Source: Treponema sp. | Lineage (GTDB): Bacteria; Spirochaetota; Spirochaetia; Treponematales; Treponemataceae | Length of the DNA: 64,000 nucleotides | Direction: 5' to 3' | NCBI GenBank assembly: GCA_017381365.1 | Contig: JAFOCI010000041.1 | Span: 9,963 to 73,962, forward strand | Shown: one piece after another, positions 1-8,958 of the stretch | Layout of the letters: each line of letters opens with the position of its first letter | Numbering within the stretch: position 1 is the stretch's first letter | The notes under the pieces: generated by a model | Seen by the model: the letters and a program-made list of their open reading frames with translations, nothing else | Databases searched by the model: none | Told to the model about the DNA's origin: nothing | Translations under genes and position numbers: made by a program

Positions 1-63
1 GCATAAATAATTCCTATTTATTTAGATTTCTATAATAGAATATTGAAAATATATAAAACTTCT

Positions 64-636
64 CTACAAAAGCTGATACATAAAAACACAGCCTTCATCA
101 TACTTTGGTTTTATATGCTGATGTACAAACTGTTCATCTTCCGGATCAAGCCTATGAAATCCCATAGTCTTATAATGCTTTATAAGCTTGTCCTCCGGCA
201 AAGCATAAATGTAAATAGCCTGAATTCCTACTAAACTTCTAATAAAATTTACAAAAGGTAAAACAAACTCAGCAAAAACTGTTGATTCTAAATTCTTAGC
301 ATCTGGATGATTTTTTCTATATGAAGAATTAACAGCAAAATTAGCAAGTTCTATTCCAGAAATTGAATAGAAGAAGTCATTATCTGCATCAATAGTAAAA
401 AGCCCCGACTTTAAAGAAAAATAAGCAACAATCTCATGAGTAAACCTATCTTTTACCAGATAAGTTCTTGCAGAGCCATCTTTTTCATCCGACTCAGCAA
501 GTTCTTTTATATATCGTTCCAGTCCATAACCAGAAGTATTAGTTACACAAAAATCCTGAATAAGTTGCAGATTATCAGAAGAGTCTAAAAGATGTTCATA
601 ATAAAAAAGCTCTGTCTCTAAAGGCAGGAAAATCAT
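64..636 (-). CDS. GNAT-family N-acetyltransferase with toxin-like (TacT/KacT-type) gene architecture
   Basis: 190-aa ORF. The C-terminal half has a GNAT-like core (GIELANFAVN...IYIYALPEDKLIKHYKTMGFHRL). Its ATG overlaps the stop of a small upstream ORF (TAATG). Confidence 0.55.
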   Translation of the reverse strand: MIFLPLETELFYYEHLLDSSDNLQLIQDFCVTNTSGYGLERYIKELAESDEKDGSARTYLVKDRFTHEIVAYFSLKSGLFTIDADNDFFYSISGIELANFAVNSSYRKNHPDAKNLESTVFAEFVLPFVNFIRSLVGIQAIYIYALPEDKLIKHYKTMGFHRLDPEDEQFVHQHIKPKYDEGCVFMYQLL

Positions 637-815
637 TATTTATTCTCCTTCGATTCTGCTTTGATCATTTCAAGAGCCTTTCGTTCATATTCAACAGCAA
701 TTTTTTGTAACTTTGAAAAGTCTGCTTTTGGAGAATTTAAAATCTTCAAAAGCACATCTTTTCCCTTACTTGCAGGAATATCATTAATTGTCTGATAGCG
801 ATTAATTGAAGCCAT
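636..815 (-). CDS. 59-aa small protein, putative partner or antitoxin of the GNAT gene
   Basis: Below the 60-aa track cutoff; translated by hand as MASINRYQTINDIPASKGKDVLLKILNSPKADFSKLQKIAVEYERKALEMIKAESKENK. GGAGG lies 6 nt upstream of the ATG at 815. There is a 1-nt stop/start overlap with the GNAT ORF. Confidence 0.5.
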   Translation of the reverse strand: MASINRYQTINDIPASKGKDVLLKILNSPKADFSKLQKIAVEYERKALEMIKAESKENK

Positions 816-864
816 AAATTACCTCCATTAATAATAGTATAACACTTTTCTAAAAAAAAACATT

Positions 865-905
865 AAAAAAGGCTGCAACAACCTATGGTTAGCAGCCTTT
901 TTATA
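865..905. terminator. Hairpin with flanking A and T runs (bidirectional-looking intrinsic terminator)
   Basis: GGCTGC (871-876) pairs with GCAGCC (892-897), flanked by an A run and a T run. It lies just after the stop of the last operon gene (927). Confidence 0.45.
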
Positions 906-926
906 TTTTTCCATATTTGCCAATGA

Positions 927-1592
927 CTAGATATATTCTTCCAATTCTGCCGGCACAGGAGGCAACCCTTTGAATGCCTTTCTCCATGATTTTGAAGAAG
1001 GCTTTAATACAGCTAAAACAGTAAGCCAAATCAGTTTAAAATAAGTACATAGATTCCTATGATTTACAAAATAAACTTCTAAAGCTCCTTTATATGGGGC
1101 AATAATTGTATCGTGAAAAACATCACGATTTTCTACCGCATTAAGCATATCTTCTTCATCCCTGAATGCTACAGAACCAAGTCCACTAAGACCAGGTGCA
1201 ACTGTATCAACAGCTGCTTTTACTTCATCTGAATACAAATCGTAATGAGCCTTTGCCTGAGGGCGAGGTCCAATGACACTCATCTGGCCAATAAAGATAT
1301 TAAGCAATTGAGGAAGTTCATTAATTTTTGTTTTACGCAAAAACTTACCCATTGGCAAAATGCGAGGGTCATCTTTTTGAGTAAGAACGCCGCCTGCCAT
1401 ATTAGGACTATTTCTGAGCATTGTTGCAAACTTCATTACGCCAAAAGGTTTGCCGCCTTTTCCTATACGGGTCTGCTTGTAAAAAATATCATGCTCGCCA
1501 GTAAGTTTGAGACCTATCATAATTGGAATCATAAAAGGCAGCAGGATGATAATAGCAATACCCGAAAAAAGAATATCAAAAAAACGAATCAT
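927..1592 (-). CDS. Undecaprenyl-phosphate sugar phosphotransferase (small PglC/WbaP C-terminal type, initiating transferase)
   Basis: 221 aa with an N-terminal membrane helix and bacterial sugar transferase motifs (KFATM, DPRILPMGKFLRKTKINELPQL, IGPRPQ). Confidence 0.85.
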   Translation of the reverse strand: MIRFFDILFSGIAIIILLPFMIPIMIGLKLTGEHDIFYKQTRIGKGGKPFGVMKFATMLRNSPNMAGGVLTQKDDPRILPMGKFLRKTKINELPQLLNIFIGQMSVIGPRPQAKAHYDLYSDEVKAAVDTVAPGLSGLGSVAFRDEEDMLNAVENRDVFHDTIIAPYKGALEVYFVNHRNLCTYFKLIWLTVLAVLKPSSKSWRKAFKGLPPVPAELEEYI

Positions 1593-2732
1593 TTATTTAC
1601 TCTGTGCTTTAAGAGCTTTAATAAGAGCATCACAAACTAAATCAACCTGTTCCAAAGTCATAGTCGGAAACAATGGCAAAGTTAATTCATGCTCGCTTGC
1701 ATACTGTGCTTTTGGAGTTTCGTTCACAATTCCCTTATAACCTGTAAAGTTCTGGATTACAGGATAGTGAATACTTGTCTGAATCTCGTCGGCCTTCATG
1801 CTTTCTATTACAGCAATACGTTCAATTCCATCTTCGAGCATAATCGGCATAATGTGGAAATTTGGTTTACCGCGTGTAAAATGGCGAAAAGGAATTTTAA
1901 CTCCATTTACACCATCAAGGCGCTCATAATAATGATTTACAAGCTTTGTTCTAGCCTCGTTTGCCCCATCAAGTTTTTTAAGTTGTACAAGACCAAGAGC
2001 AGAACGCATTTCATCAATACGGTAGTTCAAACCAGCCATTGCAACATCATAAGTAATTGCACGTCCCTTAAAGCGGTCAAAACTAGGAACTGTCATACCA
2101 TGAGAACGGAGGCCTCTAAGTTTTTCAAGAAGTTCATCAGACTTAGTAACAACCATTCCGCCTTCGCCAACAGAAAGATTTTTGTTTGTAAAAAAGCTAA
2201 AGCAGGAAATATCACCAAAAGTTCCAAGAGCCTGACCTTTGTAATCTGCACCCGGAGTGTGGGCACAGTCTTCTATAAGGTATAAATTATGTTTTCTACA
2301 AATCTGGCAGATTGCATCCATATCACAGGCAAAGCCAGCATAGTGAACAATGAGCACTGCCTTTGTTTTTGGAGTAATTCGTTTTTCAATATCTGCAGGA
2401 TCCATACTCCAATCATCATTAGAAGTTATATCTGCAAGAACATTTTTTGCACCAGCCATTGTTACAACATTCTGGTCTGCAATAAAGGTCAAAGATGGAG
2501 TTATTACTTCATCTCCAGGTCCTATTCCGAGTGCCAAAACAGCCATATGCAAAGCTGCTGTACCATTAGAAACAGCAAGACCTTTTACCCCCTGTCCAAG
2601 ATAAGAAGTAAATGCAGCTTCAAAATCCAGAGTTTTCTGTCCCATTGTTATCCAGGCAGAATCAAGAACTTCCTTTACAGCTTCCTGTTCCTGACCGTCG
2701 AAATTTAATTTAAAAAGTTGAACTTTCCACAT
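1593..2732 (-). CDS. DegT/DnrJ/EryC1/StrS-family sugar aminotransferase
   Basis: 379 aa. PLP-lysine context SFFTNKNLSVGEGGMVVT. Abuts the downstream gene with no gap. Confidence 0.85.
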   Translation of the reverse strand: MWKVQLFKLNFDGQEQEAVKEVLDSAWITMGQKTLDFEAAFTSYLGQGVKGLAVSNGTAALHMAVLALGIGPGDEVITPSLTFIADQNVVTMAGAKNVLADITSNDDWSMDPADIEKRITPKTKAVLIVHYAGFACDMDAICQICRKHNLYLIEDCAHTPGADYKGQALGTFGDISCFSFFTNKNLSVGEGGMVVTKSDELLEKLRGLRSHGMTVPSFDRFKGRAITYDVAMAGLNYRIDEMRSALGLVQLKKLDGANEARTKLVNHYYERLDGVNGVKIPFRHFTRGKPNFHIMPIMLEDGIERIAVIESMKADEIQTSIHYPVIQNFTGYKGIVNETPKAQYASEHELTLPLFPTMTLEQVDLVCDALIKALKAQSK

Positions 2733-2764
2733 GATGTGGCCTCCAAATCCATTTTTAAGTTTAT

Positions 2765-3988
2765 TTAGTTATGTTCTATAGCTTCCAAAAATCTTTTTGC
2801 CAAAACTTCATAGGTATGATTTTGCATAACATAATCATGCCCCTTTTTACCCATTTCATCTCGTTCTGCTTGTGGCAAAGCAAGCATTTTCTTTAAGGCC
2901 GCAGCAATTTCTTCTGGTCTTGTATCACAGGTAATACCACAACCAGAATCACGCGGAATATCATTTCCGGCCCTAACTGATTGCAGAACAGGTTTACCTG
3001 CATACATATAATCAAAAATCTTGTTAGGAGAAATACCATATTTGTATAAATCAGAATCGCTCCAAATAATAATAATAATAATAATAGAAGATAGTTGTAA
3101 AAATGACTGAACCTGAGGTTTTGGAATTGCGTCATAAATTCTGATGTTATCTAAACCATATTTCTTAATTAGAGCATTAAGATTATCTTTTTCCGGTCCT
3201 TTTCCAACAATTGCAAAGAACAAATCAGGGTTACTATCTTTCACCATTCTTGCAACTTCAACCAGATTGTGAAGTGCATTTGCACGACCAAGGGTTCCAC
3301 AATAACCAATTATTTTTTTATCTTTTGGTAATTGATTTACAAATTCTTCTGATAACGGTTCTGCATTTTGAACTTCTGGCAAATATACACCATTTGGAAC
3401 ATGATAGAATTTGCCATCAGCAAGCCCATGTTCTTTCATATGTTCTTCTGCACAAGGCAAAATTGACACTACCTTATCTACATGCTTATAAGCAAAGTTT
3501 TCTGCAGCCTGCATAACTACAATAAAAGGATGCCATTTAGAATATCCACCCAGTTTCTGAGGACTTAGCGGCCATAAGTCGTGCACCTCATAAATAAACT
3601 GAGCCCCTGTTTTTTTAGAAAGTTTATAAGCCGGATAATTATCAAGAGGATAAGTAGAAGAAGCAATAACAACATCTGGTTTAAGAGCTGCAAGGCTTTT
3701 CATATTTTTGTAAAGCCCACGAATATAGTCCAACATGTTAAGCATGCGGCCTACTCCATTACCAGAATAAGACCTGCTCTTTAACCAAATATAGCGGATT
3801 CCTTCAACATTCTCTTCCCAGATATTCCCCTTTGGTTCAGGGTTTATACGACGAATATGGGAATTATTGGCAGCCACAATAGTTACCTGGTGTCCAAGTC
3901 TTATCCATTCCTGAGCAAGATAGTAGGGTCTGAATTCCATACCATAACTTGGAGAGCCTGCATAATGGTTAAGAATTAATATATGCAT
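2765..3988 (-). CDS. GT4 glycosyltransferase (WbuB-like)
   Basis: 407 aa, starts MHILILNHYAGSP, has YGISPNKIFDYMYAGKP. Contains an Ile7 run encoded by (ATT)7. Confidence 0.8.
   Translation of the reverse strand: MHILILNHYAGSPSYGMEFRPYYLAQEWIRLGHQVTIVAANNSHIRRINPEPKGNIWEENVEGIRYIWLKSRSYSGNGVGRMLNMLDYIRGLYKNMKSLAALKPDVVIASSTYPLDNYPAYKLSKKTGAQFIYEVHDLWPLSPQKLGGYSKWHPFIVVMQAAENFAYKHVDKVVSILPCAEEHMKEHGLADGKFYHVPNGVYLPEVQNAEPLSEEFVNQLPKDKKIIGYCGTLGRANALHNLVEVARMVKDSNPDLFFAIVGKGPEKDNLNALIKKYGLDNIRIYDAIPKPQVQSFLQLSSIIIIIIIWSDSDLYKYGISPNKIFDYMYAGKPVLQSVRAGNDIPRDSGCGITCDTRPEEIAAALKKMLALPQAERDEMGKKGHDYVMQNHTYEVLAKRFLEAIEHN
3065..3085. repeat. (AAT)7 trinucleotide microsatellite inside the GT4 gene
   Basis: Seven perfect AAT units on the plus strand, read as ATT x7 = IIIIIII in frame. 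Confidence 0.9.
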
Positions 3989-4004
3989 CTGTTATTATTC
4001 CTCT

Positions 4005-4676
4005 TTATAATGATTTCATCCAATCAATCCATTCTGAAAAATGTTTACAACTTTGGCACAAATTATTTATCCCAATTTTTTCCAAAACAGAAACCCCATC
4101 CGTCGCTTTATCATAATTTGGAATACAATTAATTATTCGTTTAGAAGGAGCTGTTTTTACACCATCATTTATCAATGCTTGATTTCTTTTTTTACAAAGA
4201 CAATCTCTTAATGGTTGTATATCATATTCGAAATATTGTTCTGCCAGAAGATTCAAATCAGAAAACAGCAATGCTTCAAATTCATGTAATTGTATATATG
4301 GATGGTAGACTGGTTTACTTAATTTTTCAGAATCAATCATTGCATTTTCAATACACGAAATCTTTTGATAAGGATCTAAAACTTTATCTGCTTCATTCTT
4401 TCCCGGAGTATCTTTTGGCAAGGCATATAAATCAAACATTGTAGTTACAAAAACATTCTCATCTTTTGTATAGGTCAAGTCTTTTTCAATTGTGTTTTTT
4501 GCTTTTGCATAATTTAAAAGACCACCCTTGTACATTTTCCCTTTGTTTTCATCTGCCTTTGTAAGTACTGTAGTAGGTATAAGAATTTTATTTAATGTTA
4601 AAAAAAATGGCGAAAGCACCCTGTTAACAAAATTTGTTTCAGATTGTCCCTCGGTTACAACATATATTCGTTTCAT
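4005..4676 (-). CDS. DUF4276-like protein (RloB/Toprim-like N-terminal EG..E motif)
   Basis: Start moved to MKRIYVVTEGQSETNFV, whose ATG (4676) forms an ATGA overlap with the ATPase stop. Has the TTMFDLYALPKDTPG motif recalled for DUF4276. Confidence 0.65.
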   Translation of the reverse strand: MKRIYVVTEGQSETNFVNRVLSPFFLTLNKILIPTTVLTKADENKGKMYKGGLLNYAKAKNTIEKDLTYTKDENVFVTTMFDLYALPKDTPGKNEADKVLDPYQKISCIENAMIDSEKLSKPVYHPYIQLHEFEALLFSDLNLLAEQYFEYDIQPLRDCLCKKRNQALINDGVKTAPSKRIINCIPNYDKATDGVSVLEKIGINNLCQSCKHFSEWIDWMKSL

Positions 4677-5800
4677 GGTTGTCCCCCAAGAACATTCTTT
4701 TCCCATAATTCAGAAATACTGTAATCCTCTAACCAAACTTTTAATTCATCCTCATCGAGATGCTTAAAAGTACTGCATTTTTCTTTTTTATCATATTCTG
4801 CAACAATAATAGTTGATGCTTCAAAACTATCAATTAATCGAGCTGATTGAGTTGCAACAATTACCTGAGAATGAAGAGAAGCCGTCTTTATCATAGAAGC
4901 AAGAATATCGATTGCCAAAGGATGAAGTCCAAGTTCAGGTTCATCAATAATAATTACAGATGGTAACAATTCAGGTGGCTGAAGAAACAAAGTTGCAAGA
5001 GCAATGAAACGAATAGAACCATCAGAGAATTGTTCTGGGCCAAAAGGATATTCAATTCCATCTGTAGATTTCCATTGGAGTTTAATATACTCTTCATTAA
5101 GAACCTGTGGCTCAAGAATAAAGTCAGAAAACTGAGGTATTACGAAATGAATTTTTTCAACAATACGATTATAGTACTTTTTATATTCTTCAGATTTATT
5201 CTTAAGCATATATAAATACGCAGCTATATTTCCACCATCACTCATTAAGAAACGATTGTTATCAACTCTTGTAGCTCCTCTAATATAGGCAGAAGTAGAG
5301 GTGTCGTGGAATTGAAAAGTTCTACAATTAGACAGGATAGACCTTACAATCTTTTCACTTGAATGTTTTAGTTCATTTGATAATAAATAGGTTTCTTTTT
5401 GCCCGCTTGCCAATTCAAAACGTCTTCCATTCCAAGTGACAGCTTCTGACATAAAAATCAAAGAATCCTGAACAGCTTTCCCAAGCACAATTTCATATAT
5501 ATCTGTATTCCTTTCATTTTTAAATTCAAGACTTGCATTTATTACAGGTGTATTTTTCGAACCAAAATATAATAAATTTTCCGCTGAACCATTTTTACCT
5601 ACATAAGTTTGAAAAGCACCTGTCATCATATTGTTTAACATTTTAAAAAATGAAACAATATTACTTTTCCCCGCGCCATTCGGCCCTATGATAATATTTA
5701 TATTTGAAAGATTTAAATCGATAGAGTTCTTTCCATTCCCTATAGATTTATAGCCAGACACCTTTATTCTATGGAGTTTAGACTTATTATTCATATTCAT
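4673..5800 (-). CDS. ABC/SMC-like AAA ATPase, partner of the DUF4276 protein
   Basis: 375 aa. Walker A GPNGAGKSN, Walker B IIIDEPELGLHP, then VATQS. Confidence 0.75.
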   Translation of the reverse strand: MNMNNKSKLHRIKVSGYKSIGNGKNSIDLNLSNINIIIGPNGAGKSNIVSFFKMLNNMMTGAFQTYVGKNGSAENLLYFGSKNTPVINASLEFKNERNTDIYEIVLGKAVQDSLIFMSEAVTWNGRRFELASGQKETYLLSNELKHSSEKIVRSILSNCRTFQFHDTSTSAYIRGATRVDNNRFLMSDGGNIAAYLYMLKNKSEEYKKYYNRIVEKIHFVIPQFSDFILEPQVLNEEYIKLQWKSTDGIEYPFGPEQFSDGSIRFIALATLFLQPPELLPSVIIIDEPELGLHPLAIDILASMIKTASLHSQVIVATQSARLIDSFEASTIIVAEYDKKEKCSTFKHLDEDELKVWLEDYSISELWEKNVLGGQP

Positions 5801-5806
5801 AAATAA

Positions 5807-5835
5807 ATTATACCCATTTTTTCTATTCTCAACAA
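5807..5835 (-). promoter_or_regulatory. Candidate sigma70-type promoter (TTGTTG-17-TATAAT) directly upstream of the ATPase ATG
   Basis: -35 at 5830-5835, -10 at 5807-5812, with only 6 nt to the ATG at 5800. No SD is present, so the transcript may be leaderless. Confidence 0.3.
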
Positions 5836-5857
5836 TAATATAAATATACTAAAGTCT

Positions 5858-6943
5858 TCACTTCAACAATTCTTCTACAATTAATTTTGCACATTCCCCT
5901 TTTCCGTAAAGGGCAGGTACTTTTGTTGGTTTATTAATATTTTTAACAGCAGAAATGATTTTCTTTGAATCAGCCCCAACAAGTGTATTCCAGCCATTCT
6001 CTACAAGTTCAACCCATTCGGTAGAATCTCGCATTGTAATACAAGGTTTTTCAAAGAAGAAAGCTTCCTTCTGAACTCCGCCACTATCTGTAAGGACACA
6101 TTTACAAGCTTCTTCATAGGCAATCATTTCAAAGTAACCAATCGGGTCAATCAGTTTTACATGCTCTGCAAAAGCAAGACTGTTCTGTGCAAGTATTTTT
6201 CTTGTTCTAGGATGTACAGGAAAAACAAAATGTTCATCTTTTAGTTCATTAATTGCATTAACTATTGAAGTCAAGCGTTCCACATTATCTGTATTTTCCT
6301 GTCTGTGAATTGTAAGAAGAATACAATTCTTATCTTCATCCTGTATTTTTACATTATTATGAGCGCGATAGTACAAACTTGCTTCATACATGATATCGCC
6401 AGTCATGCATACTCGTTTTTTATCAGCAGTAGGTTTTGTTCCAGTCCCGCAATCTGCGATTCCTTCTGCTATAAGGTTTTTAACAGCAGTTTGTGTCGGA
6501 CAAAATAGATAAGTAGAAAGATGGTCTGCACAACGCCTGTTCTGTTCTTCTGGCATAGCCATCATAAATGAACGCAATCCAGCCTCAACATGAATTACAG
6601 GAATCAGAAGTTTACTTGCTGCAAGAGCACCTGCAAGAGTTGAATTTGTATCACCATAAACAAGCAAGGCATCAGGCTTTTTCTCAAGTAAAAGTTCTTC
6701 AATACCGGCAAGCATGGCACCAGTCATTTTTCCATGAGTACCACTACCCAAATGAAGGTTTACATCCGGCTGGGGAATATCCATTTCTTTAAAAAACACA
6801 TCACTCATGTTCTGGTCATAATGCTGACCAGTATGAACAAGAGTTTCTTTAATACCAAGTGAGGAATTGTCACGAAGGTAACGCGATAAAACAGCCGCCT
6901 TAATGAATTGTGGACGAGCACCGATTACTGTCAGAATGTGCAT
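5858..6943 (-). CDS. wecB: UDP-N-acetylglucosamine 2-epimerase family (WecB/WbpI type)
   Basis: 361 aa with motifs RPQFIK, HTGQHYD, GDTNST, HVEAGLRS, DSGGVQKEA. Confidence 0.85.
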   Translation of the reverse strand: MHILTVIGARPQFIKAAVLSRYLRDNSSLGIKETLVHTGQHYDQNMSDVFFKEMDIPQPDVNLHLGSGTHGKMTGAMLAGIEELLLEKKPDALLVYGDTNSTLAGALAASKLLIPVIHVEAGLRSFMMAMPEEQNRRCADHLSTYLFCPTQTAVKNLIAEGIADCGTGTKPTADKKRVCMTGDIMYEASLYYRAHNNVKIQDEDKNCILLTIHRQENTDNVERLTSIVNAINELKDEHFVFPVHPRTRKILAQNSLAFAEHVKLIDPIGYFEMIAYEEACKCVLTDSGGVQKEAFFFEKPCITMRDSTEWVELVENGWNTLVGADSKKIISAVKNINKPTKVPALYGKGECAKLIVEELLK

Positions 6944-8032
6944 TTATATCTCCAGGTTTTTATAGAATTCCAGAAGTTTCTCTTCTTCTACATTCCAATT
7001 ATATTTTTTCATTACAAGTTCACGACCTTTACGTCCCATTTCTTGTCCTTTTTCAGGATTATCAAGTAAAAATCTACAAGCTTCACTTACGGCATTTGTA
7101 TCTCGTGGATTTACACATATCCCACAATTATTTTCTTCAACTATTTTTTCCCATAATGGAAAATCCGACGCAACGAAAGGTAGTCCTGCAGCCATATATT
7201 CAAACATTTTTATCGGCAAACTTTCAACATAATTATGAGCAGGCAAAAGAATAACAAGACCTAACCGAGCTTTACCATACAATTCATTCACTTCTTTTCT
7301 ATTTAATTTTCCGGTATATAATACTTTTCCAATTCCATTTTCAAGTGTAAATTTATCATGATCTCCTGCTAAAATTAGAGTGGCATCAACATTCTTCATA
7401 GAATCAAGCATTACTTTTTCTCCACGCAGTTCATTAATACCACCTGCATAGCATGCAATTCGCTCTCTTTGTTCAAAAGTTTTCTCATGGAAAACGATAT
7501 CATCTAATTTTGGATAATTATGTATTACAACAATTTTTCCAGTTCGACCTTCAAACTGTTCTGCAATATGTGGAGTTGCGACAACAACAGCATCTAACAT
7601 TCTAACAGCTTTTGACTCATATTTTTTATACAATTTTGAAACAATCTTTCTAAAAAGAGATGGAATCCATTCTTTATCAAGAATCTGAGCCGGAACATCT
7701 TCGTGACTGTCAAAGATTACTTTCTTTCCAAGTTTCTTTAATTTAATACCATAAGGAAGTAACTCAGGATCGTGAAAATGGTAAACATCACAATCAAGGC
7801 TTTTTGCAATTTTATAAACATGTTTTGCGAAAAAGAATAGACGCTGTAACTTATTTTTCGAAAAACCACATCCTTTAATCGTTACACCATCTCTTATAGA
7901 ATCATCACCCTTTGCAACAATATAAACATCATAGCCGGCTTTTCTAAGAGAAACACACTCTTTTAAAAATATTCTGTCATCTAAAGCTTCATGTGCACTT
8001 GTAAAATGGCAAATTTTCTTTATTTCACTCAT
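6944..8032 (-). CDS. GT4 glycosyltransferase
   Basis: 362 aa with a GT-B C-terminal motif (ESLPIKMFEYMAAGLPFVASD). Confidence 0.8.
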   Translation of the reverse strand: MSEIKKICHFTSAHEALDDRIFLKECVSLRKAGYDVYIVAKGDDSIRDGVTIKGCGFSKNKLQRLFFFAKHVYKIAKSLDCDVYHFHDPELLPYGIKLKKLGKKVIFDSHEDVPAQILDKEWIPSLFRKIVSKLYKKYESKAVRMLDAVVVATPHIAEQFEGRTGKIVVIHNYPKLDDIVFHEKTFEQRERIACYAGGINELRGEKVMLDSMKNVDATLILAGDHDKFTLENGIGKVLYTGKLNRKEVNELYGKARLGLVILLPAHNYVESLPIKMFEYMAAGLPFVASDFPLWEKIVEENNCGICVNPRDTNAVSEACRFLLDNPEKGQEMGRKGRELVMKKYNWNVEEEKLLEFYKNLEI

Positions 8033-8958
8033 ATCTTATATCCTATCAATTTTTTTATTCTAGGCTTTAAGCTTTCTTTTATATCATCCAGAAAACTTCC
8101 TTTGCGAACGACATAATATGGAACACATTTCCCTCCAAATTGTCTGAAAAAGTTTTCTATTCCTTCAACCATGGAACCTTCAAAATCAAACACCTTAGAA
8201 TGAGTAGAAGCAAACTGTATACCATCCCAAATAATAAGACTTTGTGCTCCACTGCTTCTAAATTTAGAATCAGTTGCACCTAATAAATAGTAACAAGTCG
8301 TTTCATCATATACAAAGTAAGCGCAGGAATGTATATTACCATCTTTGTCAACAGCTTCTGAATAATATCCATGTCCCTTAGATTCACAATAATCTATAAT
8401 CCTTTTTATCAGATCTTTATCCATTGGATTTTTTCTTTTTTGAACTGCAAAAGTTTTATCTAGCATTGTCAAAAGATGATCAACTTTTACTTCATTAGAA
8501 ATAATAACCTTATTTTTTGCAGATTTAATATTCTTCTTAGCAAGTTTATTAAAAGAATTATACAATTCATCCAAATTTTCAATATTTTCCAAGCGATATG
8601 TAAATGAAGGAGTAATTGTAAATCCCATCCATCTGAATGGAAGTACATAATCATTTTTTGGACTTAAAGCTATATCTGCTTTTTTATACTTCTTTAATTG
8701 TGCAAAAATATCATTTATAATCTTTTTTTTCTTTCCATAATCATTTTCAAATTCAGGTGAAATCCATATACCTATATTTTGAGTAAGCTGTGGTATATAA
8801 AGTTTATGACCGTTAAAAACGAAAGCCATTCGTCCAATAACATTTTCTTCATCATCCCTAACGATAACTTCACTCCAATGTCCTGGTGCTACAATATCAA
8901 GCCACCAAGGCTGTTCAAACAAGGAGTTCGCATACTCAGTTGTTTTCATTTTCTTCAA
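8029..8958 (-). CDS. FemAB/CelD-like GNAT-fold acyltransferase (Acetyltransf_6-like)
   Basis: 309 aa. N-terminal EQPWWLD and C-terminal FDFEGSMVEGIENFFRQFG. Paralog of 15646-16620. Confidence 0.6.
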   Translation of the reverse strand: MKKMKTTEYANSLFEQPWWLDIVAPGHWSEVIVRDDEENVIGRMAFVFNGHKLYIPQLTQNIGIWISPEFENDYGKKKKIINDIFAQLKKYKKADIALSPKNDYVLPFRWMGFTITPSFTYRLENIENLDELYNSFNKLAKKNIKSAKNKVIISNEVKVDHLLTMLDKTFAVQKRKNPMDKDLIKRIIDYCESKGHGYYSEAVDKDGNIHSCAYFVYDETTCYYLLGATDSKFRSSGAQSLIIWDGIQFASTHSKVFDFEGSMVEGIENFFRQFGGKCVPYYVVRKGSFLDDIKESLKPRIKKLIGYKI

